From Asterias rubens (Eukaryota): a DNA stretch of 64,000 bases. The position numbers were made by a program, and so were the translations under genes. The DNA lies in contig NC_047083.1 in NCBI RefSeq assembly GCF_902459465.1, forward strand, positions 8,680,001 through 8,744,000. The letters run 5' to 3'. The notes under the pieces were generated by a model, which saw nothing but the letters and a program-made list of their open reading frames with translations, was not told the origin of the DNA and made no database searches. Position 1 is the stretch's first letter. The number at the start of each line of letters is the position of its first letter. Below are positions 55,426 to 64,000 of this stretch, in pieces.

Positions 55426-58400
55426 TCACAATGTGTCTGGCTTAGTCTGGCTTCGGCAACTCTCCCATGTCTCAATTGCTTCGTTGACGAGCACCTCGGC
55501 ACTGTCTGGTGGAACCTTGAAAAGAAAGAGAAACAAAATTTAATTCATTGTCTTACCATTTTGTTTTAAAGGCACTGGAAACCTTTGGTAATTGTCAAAG
55601 ACCAATCTGTGAATATTTGAACTTGTTTGGTCATCGAAGTTGCAATAGAATATGAAAGAAAATATCACTCTTGTTGCACAAAAATATGTGCAAAAAGCTT
55701 CAGGTCTGAAGTATTTTTCTATTTGAGTGAGAAATGTATTCACAATGTATTATACTATCAACAGCTCTCAATTGCTCATTACCACTTAAGTTTTTATGCT
55801 AACAATTATTTTGAGTATCTACCAATAGTGTCCAGTGCCTTTAAGAAACAGTGATTGAAATGAGCCCTATCCCAAACCAATCTTTACCTTTAGGAGAAAC
55901 TGCACAATGGCGTCATACTTTGTCATCCCAAGAAGTTGGCGTCTGTAAGTTAAGACAAACACTTGAGCTACGTAGACTGTGATGAGAGGCGCACCACCAA
56001 TCAAACGGTCCATAACCCTGTGGTAGAAAATCATATTAAAAGTAAGAATTATTTCAAAAGGCCTGGTACTAAATAAGCATTGGTGACTATTGAAATTTAC
56101 TTCTCGACTAGTCATGCCTTAAATAGTCGCGACTTAGACACTAGTCGAGACTAATTTTTAATTCCCAAGATGCATTGCGGCATGGGGGAAAAAGCGGAAA
56201 ACTTGTCCGTTTTTTTTAAGCCAGGGCTACAGTCTGTACTTGTGCTGTAGCGTAAACAAAACATTAACAGAAACATAAGCCACAATTCTTACATCGAAAC
56301 AATGTGTTGTACGACCTCATTTTCAAGATGTTTTTGTGGTATTCCTTAGACAGGTCCTCGACGACTGTCATATTTATACGTTCCTTGTCGTGTAAATCGT
56401 TGCAACGTGTAATAATAATAATACATTTTTATATAGTTTTATCATAGCCGGATGGGCATCCTAAAGCGCTTCTGACATTATCACCCCTGGTCACTGGGCC
56501 ATATTATATTTGGTTCCTTAAACCATCTCAGCACCCTGGGGAGTATACAGCCAGTGCTGTGAGTTATTGCGCTCCAAGCTAATCATAATAAATAGAGATC
56601 AAATGCCCACACACCACACACAAACGGATGTCGAGTGAAAGACATGTGCACCTCCCCTGTTCTTGGCTCAAGGTGATGGCTGTTTAATACAGTTTTTAGT
56701 AAAGCGGCTATTAAAATTCTACTAAATCATACCTCCCGAGTGGACCTGGTGGTATAACACCAGCAAACATCCCTCCAAACCACGCCTTGTAGACCAGACC
56801 CATTCTGCTAAGAACACCTGTCGTCTCTAGGTGCTTAAGGAGTTGAGAATCCTCCTTCTGCAGTTGGGTCACGAATCGCTGAGACTGGAGAAATGGCAGT
56901 AAATTATTGGCTATTATTTGGATTTACCCTTACACCGATATGTGTAAGCACTGTATACTCGGTACTTTCCAGAGTTCTGTGGAAAAAAAAACTGAGCATA
57001 TTCCGGGGGTGTGGGATTCAAACCCACGACCGTTGCCAATCTAGAGCAGATGAAAATACATTTAGCAAATATGTACTGCTGACAAGCCCCGAGGCATGGG
57101 CCCAATTTTATAGAGCTGCTCAAGCAATTTTTTGCAGAGCACTGAACTGAGCAGGATACCAGTCATAAATTGTACATGTGACATGGTAGTTTGGCTGGTG
57201 GCCTAATTCTGGTAAGCAAAATGTTGTTGTGCTTGGCTACATTAAAGCCATTGGACACTTTCGGTACAGAAAAAAAAAAAAAGTTCACAGATTTACAAAT
57301 AATTTACAGGGATTTACAGAAGGTAATGGTGAAAGACTTCTCTTGAAATATTATTCCATGAAATGCTTTACTTTTTGAGAAAACATTTAAACAATATCAA
57401 TTCTCGATTATGGATTTATTTTAAACACATGTCATGACACGGCGAAACTGGCGGAGACCAAGGGTGGGTTTTCCCGTTATTTTCTCCCGACTCCGACGAC
57501 CGATTGAGCCTAAATTTTCACAGGTTTGTTATTTTATATATAAGTTGTGATACACGAAGTGTGGGACTTGGACAATACTGTTTACCGAAGTGTCCAATGG
57601 CTTTAAAGCAGCTCTATGAAATTGGGCCCTGGTGTGGTGATGAGAAAGCAAATGATGGCTGACGGAAACTGAAATTTCTCACCAGTTGTAAGAAGGAATC
57701 TTTGTCAATGAGGTTCCTGCGGATTGTAGCTGTTATCCAGTAGGCGTCTACCTCGTTGTCAAACAACTCGATGACCGTCTCCGCCAGCGAAATAAAACAT
57801 TCCTCTTCCTGACACTAAGATCAAAGAATAAAAAAGTGCTAATTGTCATTTACTCTATGGTTCATAATATGGTATGGTTCAAGACACCTTTGGTAATTGT
57901 CAAAGACCAGTATTCTCACTTAGTGTATCCAAACATGCATAAAATAACAAACCTGTGAAAATTTTGACTCAATTGGTCATCGAAGTTGCAAGAGAATAGA
58001 GAAAGAAAAAACACCCTTGTTGCACAAATTTGTTTGCTTCTTGCTGCCAGAAATATTTGTCAATGTACTCAGTGGCTAGTAGTTTGTCCCGAAGAGGTAG
58101 GTAACCTCTCCCCCAACTAGACATTTCATACAGGTCAATGGAACTAGGAAGTGGGAACTGTTGGGACTACACTAAAACCATACTTTCTTCCCTGAAGCCA
58201 GAAATATTTGTCAATGTACCTCAATGGCTAGTTGTTCGTCCTCAAGCGGTAACCTTCTCTCCTCCAGAAGAAACATCTTAAGGAATTCACTGCTCAAGGC
58301 GGTAGTGTGATTGATGTGTCCCATAACTCGTAGTGCATTGCGGAGGTCGCTAAATTGCTCACTGCGTTGTTGCATGACAAAGTCATGGGTGGAGGGATGG

Positions 58401-59624
58401 GGCGGGACTATGCCTGAAACAAATAGAGGGAAACAAATTCTAAAAAGAGACCTTTAGAGCATTCCATCACAGGGCAAGAGATTAATGTGCAATGATGAAC
58501 CTAATGTTATACAGGCATGACGGGCCTGCCAGCCGATTTCATGAAACGCTAGGATTAATCCTATCTCGAGTTAGGACGAGTAACCCGTTCTAACTTAGGA
58601 TAGGTTCAACATGTCCTACGCCTTTAGATACGGAACTTAACTCATCCTAAGTCCTAAGATTAATCCAAAGTTAGGAAGAGTTTGGTGAAATTGAAGGCTG
58701 GAGCTTTAGCTTTGGAGCTCAACTTTAAGAAGGCAATGCCATTTTCTTTTCTCACAGCGCACTCCCATTTGAAAACCTTATCATGGCAATGGAATGCGCA
58801 TGTTGGAAGGGGCAACAAGGCCATCCCAGGGGCAACAGAGGCCATGGCTGTTGTGTGATTCCAGGCCTTAATAATAATATGGGATGATTCTAGTAATTTG
58901 TACTTTGGCCGTGTCCGAAACGGCGACTTCGGCTTCCGCTACAGTTAGATCGCGTGCGTCCTGCGTAATCTTCAACACTGGCAGACGCGCTGATCTAGCC
59001 GTAGCTGTAGCCGAAGTCGCTGCTTTGGACGCGGCCTGAATACTTACCTAGGATAACCTTCCACACTAGTGGTCTGAACATCGCTGAGAGCTGAAAGCGT
59101 AGACAAAACATTGATAACTTCCCAATGTCTGCATGTAATGAAAGATATCAACAATTATTACCGCAGGGAAATAAAAAAGGATGGTGCTGCAAGCCTCAAG
59201 TGTGTAGTGTCTTCTATAGTGAAGAAGGTAAGGTAAGAATCATTTATTTGGAACCATAATAATCGTGTGTAATTCGTTATAAATATACATTAAAAGTTAC
59301 AAATTACATTACATAACAAACAGTTAATCTATTTTACTAGTTGAAGCAATTTAAGTAAACGCAATTATTATTAAAAAATGGGCAGCTACATTGTATCGAT
59401 ACAAGAAAATTGTTACTCTGAACGTCAATCTAAAAAAAACTCGCTGATTAATAAACAGTGTTTTGGATTGAACAAAGTAAGTGAACACGAAAGAACCAAA
59501 ATTGAAGGTGAACATTACCTAAGGGATCTTCCTTTAGCAGAATCTGCAAAGATTTCTTCTCCTCCACACCTCGGAACCCAACTTTTTCATAATAATGAGA
59601 TCGGAAATTCCTACCATCCGTCAT
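55426..59624 (-). CDS. TBC1D7: TBC1 domain family member 7 (TSC complex subunit), ~292 aa
   Basis: Exons 59624-59519, 59128-59048, 58413-58220, 57808-57683, 56884-56733, 56017-55888, 55515-55426. N-terminus [26 protein letters not shown], then [34 protein letters not shown]. Confidence 0.93.
55566..55844. mobile_element. Dominant TTAA MITE, internally deleted
   Basis: Both TIRs and TTAA flanks, shorter interior. Confidence 0.75.
57242..57606. mobile_element. Third TTAA-flanked MITE family, nested in a GGCCCAATTT foldback element
   Basis: TTAA|AGCCATTGGACACTTTCGGTA...TACCGAAGTGTCCAATGGCT|TTAA inside 57098-57629. Confidence 0.75.
57886..58035. mobile_element. Dominant TTAA MITE, fragment
   Basis: Family left half. 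Confidence 0.6.
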
Positions 59625-59629
59625 CTTTT

Positions 59630-60256
59630 AATTCTTTCAGAATTTCACGAACTAGACCATCCGATGAGGGCGCTGTTTCAAAGAAAGATTAGAAACAAAA
59701 TGTTACAAGTTTTTATTCTACCAATTTCACTAAACCAAATCAGTATTATATGCACCCATGACATCTAGATAAACACCAGGGAATCTATACAAATATTACT
59801 AGACGATATAGTCGGAAAAATTCAGTAAACAAATCACAACTTACCGATGTTTTGGGAAAACACAATTTTTGTAAGCAGACGACAAGTTTACATTGTGCAG
59901 GAGACAGCGCCCTCCTGGGACGAAATAATTTAATTAGTTATTAAACAGCGCCCTCATAGTCGACAAATAGTTCGATTCATTGCAAAGGGCGCCCTCTAAA
60001 AAAAAACAATTTCGATTAATTTGAAAGGGCGCCCTCTAAATAAAACAATATTTCGATTTATTGGAAAGGGCGCCCTCTCAGTACATCAAATAATCCCAAT
60101 AAACCACAAACAGCGCCATCATCGACCACTTTACAGGTTGCAGAGATAGTATGATACCCAAACCAATTTTATTACTTAGTGATAAATGTACATGAAAAAG
60201 CAAATGGAAATGGGTACCAGACCGCTGTATAAAAACATGATTTTGAAACGAAAAAA
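59630..60256. promoter_or_regulatory. Bidirectional promoter TBC1D7/FLAD1 with clustered GCGCCCTC motifs
   Basis: TBC1D7 5' exon donor near 59845 (minus) and FLAD1 ATG at 60257 (plus). At least five GCGCCCTC copies between 59905 and 60080. Confidence 0.55.
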
Positions 60257-63200
60257 ATGAATGCCGGTTTTAGGAAGATATTTACTAAAAATCAGATTGC
60301 CGCCGTCCGTCGCCTGCAATTAATGGGAAATAACATCAAATTACAGCGAACATCCGGCCGCAGAATGAGCGCAAATTCCAGGCAGACCGCAGGCATTTTG
60401 AGTAAGGTTTGTGTAGTGTACTGTAAATAAACAAGGATGAGTTATTATGTGCACCCACTCTCACTGGTCTCAGCAGCACCGCACTGTTTTTTTCCAGGAC
60501 GAACGTGTGCAGATAGACCCAGGGGAGCTAAACGAACGCACCCAATATTGGGTGCGTTCGTTTAGCTTCCCTGCCTGCTGGGTCGACCCCGGTGTGTGGC
60601 GGTTTTTTCCCCAGGACGAACGTGGGTTTATCTGTACACGTTCGTCCTGGGAATTTTTTTAAAATTTATATTTCAGTTATAATTACACTTTTTATAGTAT
60701 TTAAAATCTAAATTGATGATGGACCGACTGTAGATTATGGCGGCACTTGCTAAGTGCTAGGTCCAAAGTAAACATAAAAAGCTGGAACGGCACTGAACTA
60801 GTGCAGTTATTAGGGAAACATTTCCGTATAGCGCCACCACTTTTTCATTCTATTCTATATCTTGAAATAATATCTAATTTACCTCAATGAGATATCCCTT
60901 TTTGTAAAAATGAGTGAAAAAGTGGTGGCGCATACGGAAAGTTATCCGTTATTGGTTCTACTACTGTTGAGACCAGCCGCAGCAGAAAAGTAAAACCTTA
61001 ACTTCAAATCAAGGACTTTGGGCTTATGTTGGCTCGGTAATAAATTTAAAGCCAGTCACTGTAACTTTCCCTGTGCGTGGCAGCGGAAGAGAAAGTCCAA
61101 CGGGGACACAGCTTAATAATAAGTTTATGTAGTCCTAAGTGTTTTGGTCTCGTATCAAGATAAGGCCACATAAAAAAAAAAATTGTTGATCGTCCCCACC
61201 CGACCGTTCAAAACCCCCCGACCCCATTTCCTTTTTCTTTTTTTTTATCATAAAAAAACATGTCTGGATATCTCTTTATACTTTTACTTCCAAGATTTTT
61301 CAGCTGATATTTTTTTCAAAATGTACAGGTTTAAAAAGATGTTTAAAGAAGGTTTTTATTCATGTTGGTAAAGCAAGAACAATTCTTCAAATAGTTACTT
61401 GGGCTACACTGTGCTTAGTTGTTTGAAAAAGTTTACAGAAAATGTCATCTAGGAGTTACATTTGTTTGACAAAACTATGGAAAACATCAAAAACACACAA
61501 ACTCTCTGTTTTACAGTGATTGCGATGATTTCTTTATTCTTGATTTCATATTTGGCATGTCAACAAAACTTTTGTTTTTAAACAAAAAAACAAAAAAAAC
61601 TCCCCCCTCCCCAATCCGCAAAAAAAAGGACGATCACAATTTTTATTTTTTTATGTGGCCTAATGAGTGAAAAACTAGAATTGGATTCATCACCTTTACC
61701 CACCGGTAAAATTTTGTTTATCTTTGTTTTATTTTTTAAAGTTATCGGAGATGAGATTCTGAAGGGCCACACACAGGATACTAACTCCCACTTCCTGTGC
61801 AAGGAGCTCTATGACCTAGGGGTCAAAGTTGAAAGGGTGAGTATGTTTGTTGAAACCACTTGGGTCAACGGTCTGAAGTTTGAAAGACTTAATTGCTCAT
61901 GGTTATTTTTTATACAAACATGGGAAGTAGATTTTGGCTTCTTCCTGATTCATATCCCAGATTTTGCTTTTAAGGCAGGGGACACTATTAGTAATTACTC
62001 AAAATAATTATTGGCATAAAACCTTTCTTGGTGAGAAACAACAGAAAAGTCCTTCGTCGTCGTCCTAGGAGTCATGGCTGACCCTTTTGTGACCCTGGTT
62101 ATGATGGAGTTCCACTTCTGTCTATTCAGTGCAGATCGATATGCAACGTTTATTGATAAGCCTGTGAGTTCTTTGATTCCGTCTGTCCAACAAAGTTTTT
62201 GATGGCCACGTCAGCGACTACCTGCAACACGTCCTTGCTCAAAGATCTTTTTGAGGTTGTCCCCTCTCTTCTGGATAGAAGTCCTTACTGGTTATTTATT
62301 GTATTTTTTTCCTGATCTTGTATTTTAAAGGTCTTAGTGATTGCTGATGACTTGGAAATAATCGCTACAGAGGTTGCGAGATTCTCCTCATCGTACACAC
62401 ACGTTGTTACGTCAGGTGGAATTGGACCAACTCATGATGACATCACATTTGAGGGTACTACGATAAGTATAAAGAATGGCCAGGTGGGGATTCGAACCAA
62501 AACTGATTATAAAAATAAAAAGAATGCTGTGTCATGGCCTAGTAGTTTATAGCTCCGGACTCAAGCTCTGGTGTTTCTGAGCATCAGAGTGTTGGTTCGA
62601 ATCCCAGTCGTGACACTTGTGTCCATGCTGGTCAGTGGTAAATCACGGGTCGACTTATTCACACTTCAACTTGCTCAGGTTTTGCCCTTAAAGACACTGG
62701 ATACTATTGGTAATTGTCAAAGACCAGTCTTTTCACCTGGTGTATCCCAACATACGCATAAAATAACAAACCTGGGAAAATTTGAGCTCAATCGGTCGTC
62801 AAAGTTGCGAGATAATAATGAAAGGGGTCCAACAGGATTACAAACCAATACTACTTACGTTATTTTTCTTGTAGGGGTTGCTATGGCCTTTAACGAGAGT
62901 ATCATCGCACATCCAGAGTTGGTCCGACTTTGTAAGCAATATTTTGGAGACAGTGACGACTCACCGAGCCTCAAGATGGCCCGTGTAAGCTTAGAATTTG
63001 TTTTTGTCCTCCTCCTTTTTGCCAACTCCTCATGTAAGCCTGGGCGACTAGTGCTGAAGGTGCGACTATCGATTGCCAAGTCGAGTCGCGTCTACCGTTA
63101 TTCAACTACTCAGTTAATCGTGCTGCCACGACTACATACTACAAAAGTAGTCGCAACTTTCTGCTTGGTGAACTAATTGTGTCGCTCACGGCTACTCATG

Positions 63201-63579
63201 ACAACATAATTTACTTAGTCCCAGTCGTGACTCATTTGTCCTTAAGCAAAACACTTAAACATGATGCTTCGTCCTTCGGATAAGACAGAAAGCATGGTTA
63301 CATGCTGCTATGTAAAATGAGTAGGTCTCATAATTCAAACGAAGTCCTACATTCCTTGCAGGAAAATAATGAATGTTAAGCGCTTCATAAGAAGCCACTG
63401 TTACGTATTACTATTTATTATTATTTTCTTGCTTCTAGGTTCCCCAGTCAACGAGGCTTGTTTACGGGTTAGATCACAAGACTGGTAAGCAGCGTCCGTA
63501 CCCATTAATCTGTGTGCGGAATGTCTACATCTTCCCTGGTATACCGCAACTCCTGACAAGTTCTTTCCTGTCCCTCAAG
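60257..63579 (+). CDS. FLAD1: FAD synthase, N-terminal molybdopterin-binding (CinA-like) domain; partial, continues beyond window
   Basis: Exons 60257-60401, 61742-61836, 62331-62454, 62875-62984, 63439-63579. Motifs [55 protein letters not shown]. The PAPS-reductase domain is not reached, so the symbol rests on this domain's similarity. Confidence 0.85.
62688..62825. mobile_element. Dominant TTAA MITE, fragment (another at ~61968-62032)
   Basis: TTAAAGACACTGGATACTATTGGTAATTG start. Confidence 0.65.
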
Positions 63580-64000
63580 GTTCGTAGAGACTCATCCCTC
63601 CCACTGTGTGACCATTTGATATCACCAATGCTCTGTGCTGGCATTCAGTATGATATCATGTGCCAGATGCATCAGCAAAGCACACAGTCAACCCTCTTAC
63701 TGTCTGACCATTCAATATTGTTATGCTATCCTTCAGTATGATATTTTGTCCTTGTGCAATTTCTCTTACATTTTTTTCTTCTCTTAATTTTTGCTTATTT
63801 TGTATTTTTAAATAATTTCACTTTTAAATATTGTTGTTGTTGTTGGTGTACCTACATGATTTTGTATATCTTTTTGAAATTCCTGTATGAAATTCTTTGC
63901 AAATAACTTGTGTTGTACATATCCGCAATTCTGCTTTTTTGGTCTGCAATTTTATTTGACTAATACTGAATAATAATCACTTGTTTTCTTCCCTTATTTC

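Noticed and set aside
59378-59692. 104-aa plus-strand ORF
   Set aside because: Antisense to the first TBC1D7 coding exon; no independent support.

Overview
AT-rich, intron-rich invertebrate (metazoan) genomic DNA. It is probably from an echinoderm/sea star; that is an inference from gene content and repeat style, not a verified assignment. By hand-splicing (GT-AG, phase-consistent exons) I resolve eight protein-coding genes: a His-rich protein with a C-terminal SH3 domain (+, 5' exon unresolved), FNBP4 (-), RIC8/synembryn (+), a small secreted PAN/Apple + FAMeT-like (Methyltransf_FA) domain protein (-), ROPN1L (-), THYN1 (+), TBC1D7 (-) and the 5' part of FLAD1 (+). Six of these form three head-to-head pairs with short shared promoters. 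Introns and intergenic DNA carry over 20 copies of a ~370-bp TTAA-flanked (Kolobok/T2-like) MITE, several foldback MITE families, tRNA-derived SINEs, a CR1 LINE fragment and multiple minisatellites. There is no CRISPR, rRNA or credible tRNA gene. I found no clear new biological system. The best leads are the PAN+FAMeT secreted protein, tandem copies of a RIC8 splice donor, an ~85-bp TTAA-to-TTAA duplication around a MITE, foldback elements sitting 10-30 nt behind splice donors, and a perfect 22-bp hairpin beside an orphan promoter-like region.
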